Origin: Rebecca billardiae RCC1528 | Taxonomy: Eukaryota > Protista > Haptophyta | DNA: 64,000 nucleotides | Reading direction: 5' to 3' | Assembly (NCBI GenBank): GCA_965240325.2 | Contig: OZ251231.1 | Span: forward strand, 310,001-374,000 | Shown here: in pieces, positions 44,201 to 55,403 of the stretch | Numbering within the stretch: position 1 is the first letter of the stretch | How the letters are laid out: each line of letters starts with the position of its first letter | The notes under the pieces: model-generated | The model's input: only the letters and a program-made list of their open reading frames with translations | Database searches by the model: none | What the model was told of the DNA's origin: nothing | Made by a program: the position numbers and the translations under genes

Positions 44201-47200
44201 GTGCTCGCGCAGCGTCTGCTGCGTGACCTCGTTGTAGTAGTACAGGTGGCCGCGCCGGTCGAGCGCCTCCGCCCACGGCTCTGGCACCTGCGCAAAGAGC
44301 GCCTGCTCGGCTATCCAGAGCAGCCCGGCGTCGACCGGGTCGTCGGGGTCCATGCCCAGGTAGCTGCATGGGGGGAGGGGCGCAGGCGGGGGGTCGGGGC
44401 GTGGGTGTGAGGGTTGGGGGCAGCACGCACACGCACACGCACGCGCACACGCACACGCACACACACACGCACACGCACACACACGCGCACACGCACGCGC
44501 ACGCGCACACGCACGCGCACGCGCACGCGCACGCGCACACGCACGCGCACGCGCACGCGCACGCGCACGCGCACACGCACACGCACACGCACACGCACAC
44601 GCACACGCACACGCACACGCACACGCACACGCACACGCGCACGCGCACGCACACGCACACGCACACGCACACGCGCACGCGCACGCACACGCACGCACAC
44701 GCACACACGCACACGCACACACACGCGCACACGCACGCGCACGCGGACACGCACGCGCGCGCACGCGCCATCGGCACCCGCGCCGCGCGCACGGCGCGGT
44801 GCGGCCAGCCATGCAGCCACGCAGCGCGCACGCGCGCACAGCCGCGCCCCCGCTCGGCCCGCGCCCACGCCTCGCGCGACGCACCGAGCATAGTCAAGCA
44901 CGCCCTTGTCATATGACTCTGCGCCTGCGAGCGCCTTGCCACCGCCGCCGCCCTCCGAGACCAGCCCCGCGGCGGGCGCGACCATCGCCGCGCTCGAGAG
45001 GTTGACCCCGTCGCCCGCCGCGCCGTCCTCGTCGTCCGCCACGTCCGCGTCGTTCTCGCCGATCACGTGCGCGGGCCGCGGCGCCTGCGACGCACGCCCC
45101 GCGGGCTTAAGCCTTCGCTGCGCGCCCGCCAGCCCCTCGAGCGCCGTGGAGCCGCCGGTGGCGCCCGGGTTTCGAAGCTGGTCGAGCTCAAGGGCCTTGG
45201 CCTGCGGGGTGCGCGCGCCGGCGGGAGGGTTGGCGGCGGGCGAGCGCGCGTCGGCGCGGCGTCGCGCTGTGTGGCGCGCGGTGTGGCGGTGCGGTGCGGC
45301 GGTGCGGTGCGCGCGCCCTGCGCCGCACGCGCACGCGCACGCACACGCGCACGCACACGCACACGCACACGCACACACACACGCACACACGCACACACAC
45401 ACGCACACGCACACGCACACGCACCTGCTGCAGGCGGATGCGCTCCTGCTCCTCCTCGTCGTACCCGCCCGCGGCGAGCGAGAGCTCGGCGGGGCCCTCC
45501 TCCTCCTCCTCCGCCGCGCGCGCCGCCGCCTCCGCCGCCGCCTTTGCCGCGGCGGCCGCGGCCGCCTCGGAGCGCGCCGCCTCCCTCGCAGCCTCTAGCT
45601 CGGCGACGCGACGCCGCTTGGCGCGCACGGCGAGCATGCGCCGCGCGGCCGCCTGCACCGCCATCGCGTACGCGAGCGTCTTGCGCCGCCGCGCCTCGCG
45701 CAGCTTGGCGAACGCGCCGTGCCGGAAGAACGCCTTGGACGTGCCCAGCACGTAGTGCTCGCCTTTTTTCAAGCCGCCCTTGATGAAGATGGCCTCGCAC
45801 GCGACGCGCGCGGCGCTGTCGGACGAGAGCGGCGGGAGCACCTTCGGGTGGAGCAGCATGCCGAACTGCGGCGCGAGCTCGGCGCAGAGGAAGCGCTCGG
45901 GGTAGCCCTGCGCGCGCAAGGGCGGGCGCAGGGGCGCGCGAGCGTGTCAGCGCGCGCGCGCGCGCGCGGCGGCGCGCCGCGCGCCGCGCGCCGCGCTCCG
46001 CGCGCGCCGCGCGCGCCGGCGCACCGCGCGCGTGATGGTGATGGCCTCGAGCACGCCGCACGACGCGAGCTGCTCCTTGACGTACGACTTCTCGTAGTCG
46101 TTCGGCCGCATGTGCGCGTTCGGCTTGATGCACCGCACGAACGTCACCTTGCTCGTGCAGAGCGTGCGCACCAGCACCTCCAGCTGCTGGTAGAACTTGG
46201 AGAGGACACCTCGGAAGCCCTTCCCGCCGCCTCCCGCCGTGCCGTGCTGCAGCAGCGTCGCGACGAGCGGCTTGGTGGAGGCGTTCACCGCGACGGAGAG
46301 GTCCTCGTTCAGCGGGTCCTTGTTCTTGAGCAGAAAGCCGCTCACCGAGTACGTCACCTCGCCGGCGTAGTGCTTGAGCGTGAAGCTGCGCGCCGCGGCC
46401 GCGCCGCCTCCCTGTGATCCCTTCTGCCCATCGCGCACGCGGCCGAGCGCGGCGCTGCCGCGTAGCTTCTCGGCGACCTCGTCGGCGAACGTGGCGTCCG
46501 TCGCCTTGGACATCGAGCACGTGTCCTGCGCTCGGGCCGACCAAGCAGCGGGCGGCGTGCGCACGGTGCGCGCGCATGCGCGCGTGCGCGCGCGAGTGCG
46601 CGCGCGAGCGTGCGTGCGCGCGCGAGCGTGCGTGCGTGCGTGCGTGCGCGTGAGTGCGCGCGCGTGAGTGCGCGCGCGCGCGAGAGAGAGGGAGGGAGAG
46701 CGAAGCCGCGCGGCCGGCGGCTCACGGGCGGGCGGCGCCCCCCGCCCCCCGCCCCGCGCGCGCGCCGCCGGCTCGCACCTGCAGCAGCCACACCAGCCCC
46801 TTCGGCCGCCCCTCGATCGCCGCCACCACCTCCGCGTTGTCGGTGTACGGCAGCTCGGCGGGCACCTCGATGCCCTCGCGCTTGAAGTCGTCGAGCGCCG
46901 CCTTGAAGACGATCGCGTTGAACAGGCCCTGCAGCTTCTCGTTGGCGTAGTTGATGCAGAGCTGCTCGAGCGAGTTGACGCCAAAGTTCTCGAAGCCTGC
47001 GGGACGCGCCGCGCCGCGCGCGCACGAGCTCGTCGGCGCGGCACGCGAACCGCACCGCGCCGCACCGCGCGCCGCGGCACCGCGCGGGCGCCGGCGCTGC
47101 GCCGCGCCGCGCGCCGGCACGCGCGCTGCTCGTCGGTCGGTGGCGCGCACCGAAGATGTCGAGCACGCCGAAGAAGGCGTGCGACTTGCCCACGCGCTCG

Positions 47201-49655
47201 GCGCCCTGGCTCCCGGACGTCAGCGAGCCGCGGCGCGACAGCGACGAGCCGCCGCCGCCCCCCGCCTTCTTGGCACTCCCGGGCGCGTCCGCGCCTCCGT
47301 GCGCGCCGTGCGCGCCGAGCGAGCCGTTCAGCTTGCGGACGAGGGCGTCGAAGAGGGCGGCGTACAGCGCCTGGCGGCGGGGGCGCACGGGGCGGGGAGC
47401 GATCGCGCGCGCACGCGCGGCGGGGGCAGAAGGGTGTGAGCAGAGGGGCAGCGCGCCGCCAGGGCGTGGGCGGAGCACCGGAGCAGCAACCAGGAGCACC
47501 CCCGGGCGCGACGCTCTGGCAAAGGCAGGAGCGCCCCCGGGCGCGACGCTCCGGCGAAGGCAGGCACAGCCACGGCCTCGGCGCAGCGTGCACGCACACA
47601 GCACAGAGCACAGAGCATACACACCGCACAGCGCACGCACAGCACACACGCGCACACCGCACACACCGGACACACCAGACGCAGCACACGCGGCGCAGCA
47701 CGGCAGCGCCGCACGCAACACACACACACACCAACACAACACAACACACCACGGCAGCGCCGCACGCAACACACACACACACCAACACAACACAACACAC
47801 CACGGCAGCGCCGCACGCAACACACACACACACACCAACACAACACACCACGGCAGCGCCGCACGCAACACACACACACACCAACACAACACAACACACC
47901 ACCGCAGCGCCGCACGCAACACACACACACACCAACACAACACAACACACCACCGCAGCGCGCCGCGCCGTGCGCACCTTGGCCAGAGCGTCGCGCGCCG
48001 ACACGGCCTCGTCGATGGAGTGGCGCTTGGTGATCCACTCGGCGCCCGCGCGCAGCCGCTTGGTCGTCATCCCCTCCTCCAGCTCCGCCTCGTCGCACCC
48101 CAGCGCCTTCGCCGCCGCCGAGAGCGCCGCCTTTGAGTGCGCGTCCGCCAGCGCCGCGCCGGGCCCGTCGCCGTGGTCGGCGTCTGATGAGCCGGCGCCG
48201 CCCGCCGGCTTCGCCTCGCCAAAGGCGACGTTGCCGAGGAGCAGCGTCGCGCCGAGGAGCTCGAGGACCTGCGGGCGGCGCGCGCGCACAAGGCTCAGCC
48301 GCGCGCGCCGCGGCGCACCAGCACACCACCGCGCGGCGCCGCCGCCCGGCCGCGCGGCGCGGCGCGCCACGCCGCGGCGCGCGCGCGCGCGCGCGGCCGC
48401 GGTGCGAGGCCGCGGTGCGCGGTGCGCGCACCAGCTGCACGTCCTCGTCGCCGAGGCCGACGGCCTTGAGCGCGTCGACGGTGCGCGCGTGCGCCTTCTT
48501 GTCGTCCACGCCCTCGATCTCGTACGTGCCGCTCGCCTGCGCGCAGCAGCGCCGCAGCAGCGGCACGCGGGGCGCGGCGGCGGGCGGGCGCGCGCGCGCG
48601 CGCGAGCCGGGGAGGGGCGCGCACATGGGGGCGCGCGAGCGCGGCGCGACGCGTGAGCGCGCCGTGCGCCGCCGAGGCGCGGCGGGGCGGCCCGCCGCCG
48701 CCCCGCGTCGGCACGCCGCCCCGACCCACGCCCTTCCGACGCCCCGCCGCGCCGCGCGCGCCTTCAGAAACTCGTACGCACTCGGCGCGTGTCCAGGCGG
48801 CATGGCTTCCTTGCCGAGCGCGCCGCCAGCCAGGAGCTGGTAGTAGACGTGGAAGTTGCGCTCGCCGGGCGCGGGCGCGACGACGCGCGACTTCTCGAGG
48901 AGGTACGTGTCGACGGAGCAGCCGGTGATCGCGCCCGAGCCCGCGCACGACAGGCGGACGAACTTGCCGAAGCTGCGCCCGCGGCGGCGCGGCGGCGGCG
49001 CGGCGGCGGCGCGCGGCGGCGGCGCTCGGCTCAGCCGCGTGTGTCGCGCGGCGGCGCGCGACGCGCTCGCACGCGCACACGCGCGGCCCGCGCGCCGCCG
49101 CGGCCCGCCCGCCCGCCCTCGCCGCCCGCCCCACGCCGCCGCCGCGCGCGCGCACCGCGACGAGTTGTCGTTCCGGTTCGTGCGGCAGTTGCCCAAAGCC
49201 TCGAGGATCGGGTTGGTCGCTAGGAGCTTCGCCTCGAGCGCGGCGCCGACCGACGGGCCGGAGGGCGGCACGCCGCCGTTGGCGGCGGCGATCGCGGCGG
49301 AGGAGGCCCATGAGACGAGGCGGATGATGTGCTTCGTCGTCTCCGTCTTCCCCGCGCCGGACTCACCGGACACGACCACGCTCTGGTTCATGCGCTCGTC
49401 GACCATTTCCGTGAACGCCTCGTGCGCGATGCGGTACACGTGTGGAGGGAGGTCGGCGCGCGAGGCGGCCTGGCGGTACGAGGTGGCGTGGGCCTCGCCG
49501 TAGATGGGCAGCTCCTTCAGCGGGTTGATCGCCACGAGGATCGGGCCGATGTACGTGTAGCACGCGTCGGCGGCGTAGCGCTCACCCAGCACCTTGAGCA
49601 GCGAGCTCTCGTCGAGCCGGTCGACGGCGGTGAGGTCGTGGACGGCGGCGGCCAT
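41239..49655 (-). CDS. Myosin motor-IQ-CEP164-type WW-Tubby fusion protein, 18 exons, ~1453 aa
   Basis: Exons: 49655-49156, 48972-48762, 48536-48432, 48268-47978, 47370-47151, 46996-46779, 46525-46025, 45907-45425, 45201-44885, 44363-44153, 44003-43595, 43386-43221, 42982-42859, 42720-42481, 42057-41952, 41787-41701, 41572-41467, 41305-41239 (4362 nt, all phases compatible). Motifs: [46 protein letters not shown]; [14 protein letters not shown]; VLDYARYLGMDP..LLWIA..VPEPW..YYYN..EHP; Tubby [64 protein letters not shown]. Confidence 0.88.
43395..43436 (+). repeat. Seven TTAGGG/TGAGGG telomere-type hexamers next to an intron 3' splice site
   Basis: (ttaggg)3(tgaggg)3(ttaggg); the minus-strand acceptor AG is at 43388-43387. 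Confidence 0.9.
44423..44765. repeat. Intronic (GCACAC/GCACGC)n microsatellite; similar tracts at ~42095-42345, ~43055-43203 and ~45325-45423
   Basis: Purine-pyrimidine alternating repeats, all inside predicted introns of the myosin-Tubby gene. Confidence 0.9.
47701..47960. repeat. Intronic ~51-bp minisatellite, 5 units
   Basis: Unit cggcagcgccgcacgcaacacacacacaccaacacaacacaacacacca starts at 47701, 47752, 47803, 47851 and 47902. Confidence 0.9.
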
Positions 49656-49997
49656 GGCGGGCGCGTGCGGGGGCGGGGGAGAGGGGTGCTGCGGCCTGCG
49701 GCGCCGCGCCGGGCTCCTCCTCCACGCACCGCGCGCCCCACGCGCACGTCAGCGGCGGCGGCGAGAGAGGCCGCGCGATGCGCTCAGCGCCAAAGGATGG
49801 CAGACACCCTTGCTGTGCCTGCGCGCATCAACGCTCGCAAGTGCCATCAAACAATCAAACGCGCTCGCAGGGAAATCAGGGGAAATGTCTTGGACAGTGG
49901 CGCTCACGCGCTAAGTACCGTTGGGCGCCCCGGACTGCCTGCCACCTGGGCCCTGGCAGGCAGTCCGGGGCGCCCGACCTGCGAGGCACGCGGGCCA

Positions 49998-51185
49998 ATG
50001 GCGACGCCGCCGCCGACGACGCTGTGGCTGCGGCACGAGACGAAGGCGCGGGAGACGCGCACGCCGCTCACGCCCGAGGCGGTCGCCGCCCTCGCCGCCT
50101 CCGCCAAGTACAAGCTCGTCGTCGAGCGCTCGCCCACGCGCGTGCACGCGGACGCCGAGTACGGCGCGATCGGCGGCGTCGAGCTCGTTGAGTCGGGCGC
50201 GTGGCGGCAGCTGCCGGCGCGCGCCGACGTGCTGATCGTCGGGCTCAAGGAGCTGGGCACGCACGCCGAGCACGCTGACGGCTCCATCCCCATCGCGCAC
50301 GACCACGTCCTCTTCGCGCACGTGTTCAAGGGGCAGCGCGGCGCCGAGGCGGTGCTGGGCGCGTGGGCGGCCGCGCGCGCCGCCGCCGCCGCCGCCGAGC
50401 CGCCACGCCCGCCGCCGACGCTGTACGACCTGGAGTACCTCGACGACCCGGACGGGCGCAACGTGGGCGCGCGCATGTCGCCCTTCGCCGGCTTCGCCGG
50501 CGCGGCGCACGGGCTGCGCGCGTGGCTGCACCGCGCGGCGCACGGCGACGCCGCGCCGGCGCCTCCCGTCGAGGCGGCGCCGTCCAAGGGAGCGCTGGTG
50601 GCGGAGGTGCGCCGCATGCTCGGCGGCGCGCCCGCGCCGCCGCGCGTCCTCGTGATCGGCGCGCTGGGCGGCTGCGGCCGCGGCGCGCTCGAGCTCCTCG
50701 CCGCCGCCGGCCTCGGCGCCGAGCACGCGGTGGGCTGGGACCTGGCGGAGACGCAGGCCCACGGCGGCGGCCCGTTCCCCGAGGCGGTGACCGACTTCGA
50801 CGTGCTCGTCAACTGCGTGTACCTGCGCGGGCCGACGCCGCCGTTCGTCACGGACGCGCTGCTCGACGCGCCGCCCTCGGGCGCGCCGCGCCGCCTCTCG
50901 CTCATCGTCGACGTCTCCTGCGACCCGGACTCGCCGCACAACCCGCTGCCGGTGTACACAGAGGCCACCTCGTGGGACGCGCCGACCGTGCGCGTGCGCG
51001 AGCAGCCGCCGCTGCACGTGCTCGCCATCGACAACCTGCCGTCGAGCGTGCCGCGCGAGGCGTCCGCCGCGTTCGCCGACGCGCTCGCGCCCGCGCTGCT
51101 GCGCGAGTTCCCCGCGGGCGCCGGCTGGGCGAAGGCGCGCAGCGCGTTTGAGGCCGCGCTCGCGGCCGCGCCGCCCGGCGTCTGA
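49998..51185 (+). CDS. LYS1: Saccharopine dehydrogenase (NAD+, L-lysine-forming)
   Basis: LWLRHETK..E.RTPLTP, VERSPTR, GLKEL, FAHVFKGQ, LYDLEYL, AGFAGAA, VIGALGGCGRGA, WDLAET..GGPF, NCVYL, VDVSCD..PHNPLPVY, IDNLPS..PREAS. Confidence 0.92.
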   Translation: MATPPPTTLWLRHETKARETRTPLTPEAVAALAASAKYKLVVERSPTRVHADAEYGAIGGVELVESGAWRQLPARADVLIVGLKELGTHAEHADGSIPIAHDHVLFAHVFKGQRGAEAVLGAWAAARAAAAAAEPPRPPPTLYDLEYLDDPDGRNVGARMSPFAGFAGAAHGLRAWLHRAAHGDAAPAPPVEAAPSKGALVAEVRRMLGGAPAPPRVLVIGALGGCGRGALELLAAAGLGAEHAVGWDLAETQAHGGGPFPEAVTDFDVLVNCVYLRGPTPPFVTDALLDAPPSGAPRRLSLIVDVSCDPDSPHNPLPVYTEATSWDAPTVRVREQPPLHVLAIDNLPSSVPREASAAFADALAPALLREFPAGAGWAKARSAFEAALAAAPPGV

Positions 51186-51550
51186 GCCAACGCCTCCCGA
51201 CGAATCACCGCGCTGACGGCGTCGTCGTCGTGACGACTCGACGAGTCGTCGTCACGCTCACGTCCTTACTCCTCGACTCCCGGTCCGGTAGCTGCTACGA
51301 CTCTTCGGATACGAGCAGAGTGGTCCGCGTGAATCCGTGACTGCAGGCTTCAGCATGATTACAGTCGGGCGGTCTGCTCATGAGTGATCATGACCGTGAT
51401 GACGGCGCCTACGACGACTATATTGTCTATATCATTGATATGAGTAATTGACTCGACTGACTCGTCGTCGTCAGAATAACGGTCGACACTGTGACTGATG
51501 CTGGTGGTCACTGTGACTGAATGAGCGAGTCGTATAGTAGTACCTGTGTC

Positions 51551-53241
51551 GACAGGTTGCACGGAAAAATGACCGCCCGCGACTGACAGATGTTACATTC
51601 CCAGTGGACGCGACCTGTCCACCCGTCTTTCGGTACATGGCGCCGTCGCCGTGCGCTCGGAAGCGGCGCGCGCTCTCGCGCGCTGCACGATGCCCGCTGT
51701 TGCGGGTGCAGCGCGCCACTCCGCGCCTCGATCGGCCTCTTCCTGCTTGAGTAGCATGTACCGAAAGTCACCCACCCTTGAGCTCCAATCGCGACATCGC
51801 GCAGCCGCGCGGCACGTTCACGTGGCATCTGAGTCGCAGAGGGCAGCAGAGCAGGCCGTCTCAGCCTGGAAGAGTTCCAGGCCCGGTGTGAAGAGTGGTA
51901 GCAATGCAAGGTGGATACGTGCCATGCACGTCGCAGTCTGGCCGCACACGACGTTCGCAGCCTACGACTCGCGCGTGCGTGCTTGCGCTCGGCCACGTCC
52001 ATGCATCAGCTGTGCATGCATTGGATGGAGCGCGCGCGCGACTGGTCTTGCACATCACGTTGCGCAGCAACAGTCGCGGGAGGAGACACGCGACACTCAT
52101 AGAATGCGAGAACCTTGCAATGTTCATCCAGCGCGTGTTGGTGAGGGTCGAAAAGCTGGCGGCGGCTACCTCTCAATCGCTCGGTTGCACTTGATGGTGC
52201 ATGCGCGCCGGCCGGAGCGCTGAAGTGTCAGAGTCGTGGCATGCTCGAGGCTCTTGGATGAGGAGACGGCCGCTACGCAGTCCGTCTATGTCGTCAGCAT
52301 GAAGAACGGCATCCACGCACGACGCCTCTCGAACGCACACGTGCTTCCGCGCTGTGACACGCATCGACAAGAACTGCTCGGCAGGCTGACGAGGCACCAC
52401 GCCTCACTCACGCCCAAGAACAGCAGGGCGAGTGCTAAGGAGCGGGCGAAGGAAGCTGTCACTCGCTGCGGCAAGGACGCTCTTACTGTACGAATGGTCA
52501 GTGAGCCCTACATAGCCTTCTTTGTCTCGCGTGAGCGCAGCACCAAGGGTGAGGTGCGAGGTGTTGCGCAGACGGTCGCACAGGCTCACGTAGACAGCTC
52601 GATGGTGATCATCGAAAGCTTCTATCGAGTGTTCAGATGCAGAGCGCGTGCGTACACCGAGCAGGAGCTGACGACCTACATGCTATCATGCCACGCGTGG
52701 ATCTCCCCGCCGGCCCACAAGTCGCTGACGACTTACTGTCGAACTCGAATGCTCGCGCGCGGCACTGCTGGCGAAGGCTGCACTCGTCGACGAGCTCGGT
52801 CCGATCATGACGGTTTGCCATACTGCGCGTGGTGACGGGCGTTGGCGGGCTCGAGGCGGATGGCGCGGGCGGTGTGAAGCAGATAGAGCCGGGCGTGTGC
52901 GCTCGCTCCGAGACGCGTCGAAGGGAGGACTGTCTCCAGCTGCCTGATGATCCTGGTCGAGAGGGTGATGCTGCTGTGGCTTTGCCGTCTCATCACGCGA
53001 CGTGTGCTGGGATGATGACAGTCACTGCCGACGGCGAGGGTGTCCCGGCTGTGCTAGCTCAAGGGATGTAGCGCACGCGGACAAGTCCTGACGACACGCG
53101 CATTCAGCTAGTCATCATGCGGGGCTGCATCGACACGCGAGGCGCGCGCCACCCACGAGCGGCGAGTGGGCGGGCGCCATCCTTCAGAGGCGCCGTCTCT
53201 GAGAAATGTAACACCAAGGACAGTTTCCTGTGCAACCTGTC
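51551..53241. mobile_element. Degenerate TIR DNA transposon, 1691 bp, 4-bp TSD (TGTC)
   Basis: Left TGTC|GACAGGTTGCACGGAAA...TGTTACATT; right AATGTAACA...TTTCCTGTGCAACCTGTC|TGTC. Lower GC than the flanking genes, with fragmented ORFs such as 52236-52835. Confidence 0.75.
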
Positions 53242-53652
53242 TGTCTGTGCCCACTGAGCCACGCGTACGTACGGTGCAGACGGCTGCAGTGCAGTCTGCA
53301 GCAGGCGTCGTAGTAGTCGTCACGTCTCACGACGTCGTAGTCGTATTGAATTAGTATTGTCATATTGATGACATTACAGACATGCATTACTCATTAGGAC
53401 CACGCGGCCCGGCAGACCGTCGCCGCGGGAAGAATGCGAGTCTGCTGCAACCGAGTTGGCACATCGTCGGACGACTCGGAGCCGCAGACTGCGACAGTCC
53501 GAGTCCGACGATGCCAAGTTGCAGCCAAGGGCAAGGCGCCGGCGCTCGACGACTTTCAGCGGTACGACTACGAGCTCGCAGCAGCAGTTGCTCGCGCCGC
53601 GGGCCGCGCGCGTGCCCCCGCGACCCGTCGTCACGGCCATGGGCCGCGTGGC

Positions 53653-55212
53653 CTACGCGACGTCGCCGTCGATGTACGTGTCATAATAGTCCGCTTGCGG
53701 GAGCGTGATCCCGGCGGCCTTCACAGCCGCCGCCGCCTCGCGCGCCGTCGGCTCGTCCGCGGACGCTGCGAGCGCGCGCAGCGCGTTGAGCGAATACTTT
53801 GGGATCATCCCCTCAGAGGGTCCCTCCGACGCTAGGGCGACGAGCGGTCGGACGGCGCCGGCGGCTGCGAGCGCGGGCGCGTGCGCGCCGCGCCCGGCCA
53901 TCGCCAGCTTGGCGAGCGCGTACGCCGTGTACACGCGGTACGCGCCCGGCGGCGCCCACTCGCCCTCGGCCGTGCGCACGTGCGGCCCGCCGTTCGCGCT
54001 GAGCGTACGCAGCAGCGCGGCCGCGAGGCCGGCCGCGGCGAGCGCGGCGCCGAGAGGGCCGTCGCCGTCGTCGCGCACGAGCTCGCCGAGCTGGCGCACG
54101 AGGAGCTGCGCCGCGCTGTGCTGCGCCCCGCCGAACGGGTCGGCCGGGTCGATCTTTGGGGGCAGCGGCGCGCGGCGCAGCCGCTTGAGCAGGGCCGCCG
54201 CGACCGCGCGCGCGCGCGCGCCGCTCGGGTCGGAGCCGGCGAGACGGATGAGCAGCGCTCTCACGGCCTCGCTGTCCGCCTCCGGGGTGCCGAGCGCGGC
54301 GGCCAGGTTGGCGATGGCGGAGGGCGTGCGCGCGACCGCGTCCGCGCCGTCGGCGCCCGCCTCGACGAACGCGCGCAGCACCGCCGCGCAGTCCATCCGC
54401 GAGCCCACCAGCCTCGCAGCCAGCCGCAGTCCGCCCGCGCGCTCCACGGCGGCGCGCGCGCTCGCGCCATCCCAGCCCGGAGCGTCGGGCGAGGCCGCGG
54501 TGCTCAGGTGCGCGAGGATGAGCCCGGCGTTGAGCGGCGCCTGCGCCGCGTAGTACTCCGCGCCCTTGGGCGCAGAGCTCCGCCACGTCTCGAGCAGCGC
54601 GCCCAGCAGCGGCTCGCGCGCGCCGAGCGCGGCGCGCACGGCCGGCGCCGCGCGCGCCATCGGCTCCAGAGCTGCGAGCGTCGTGTGCCGTGCGCTCGGC
54701 GGCGCGCGCGGGGCGACGAGCACGTCGGCGAGCGGGGAGGCGAGCGCGTCCGCCACGGGCGCGATGCGTTCGGCCGCCACCTGCATCGCCACGAACACCG
54801 CCGCGGCGAAGACGAAGGCGTCAACCGCCTCCCACTGCTGCGAGCCGAGCGCCTCGGACAGCCGCTGGCCGACCGACGCGAGCACGCGCGCCGTGCGGTA
54901 CGCGCGCACGACGTCGAAGGCGGCCGCGCTCTGGTAGCCCGCCGCCAGAGCCTTCGCGGCCTCGGCCGCGGGCGCGTCGTCGCCCTCGCGCAGCACGCGC
55001 GCGAGCGCCTCGACGCCGCCCGCGCGCACGAGCGCCGGCGTCGGCTCCAGGTCGGAGCGCACGAGCTGGGTGAGCGCGGCGGCCGCCGCGAGCTGGGCGT
55101 CGGACGTCGCCGCCGCGTTCAGCTCGTGGACGAGCTGGGCTGTCTTCGCGTCGAACTCGGAGCGCGCATCTCCCGACGAGCCGCCGCACAGCTGCGCGAT
55201 GCGCGACAGCAT
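53653..55212 (-). CDS. Armadillo-repeat protein
   Basis: Repeated LVRAGGVEALARVL, VERAGGLRLAARLV, LAAAGAVRPLVALA helical units; ATG at 55212. Confidence 0.75.
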   Translation of the reverse strand: MLSRIAQLCGGSSGDARSEFDAKTAQLVHELNAAATSDAQLAAAAALTQLVRSDLEPTPALVRAGGVEALARVLREGDDAPAAEAAKALAAGYQSAAAFDVVRAYRTARVLASVGQRLSEALGSQQWEAVDAFVFAAAVFVAMQVAAERIAPVADALASPLADVLVAPRAPPSARHTTLAALEPMARAAPAVRAALGAREPLLGALLETWRSSAPKGAEYYAAQAPLNAGLILAHLSTAASPDAPGWDGASARAAVERAGGLRLAARLVGSRMDCAAVLRAFVEAGADGADAVARTPSAIANLAAALGTPEADSEAVRALLIRLAGSDPSGARARAVAAALLKRLRRAPLPPKIDPADPFGGAQHSAAQLLVRQLGELVRDDGDGPLGAALAAAGLAAALLRTLSANGGPHVRTAEGEWAPPGAYRVYTAYALAKLAMAGRGAHAPALAAAGAVRPLVALASEGPSEGMIPKYSLNALRALAASADEPTAREAAAAVKAAGITLPQADYYDTYIDGDVA

Positions 55213-55403
55213 CGTGTCGATGAGCGCGCCGCCAGGCCGCCCGCGCCTCCGCTTGTGCTGCGCGTTGATGTAGTCGGATGTAGTCTCAAGATTCGCGCGA
55301 GCAGAATGATGTCGAGCAGATTTCAGATTCTCGGCGGACCGACTCCCGAGGGAGGGCACGGACCGGCCCCGTGCTCACCGACTTCCAATTCGGACAAACG
55401 GCC

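Noticed and set aside
42006-47943. Cys/Val-, His/Thr- and Arg-rich ORFs (CVCVC, HTHTH, RVRVR) resembling metallothioneins or metal-binding proteins
   Set aside because: They are translations of intronic (CA)/(GCACAC) microsatellites and the 51-bp minisatellite within the myosin-Tubby gene.
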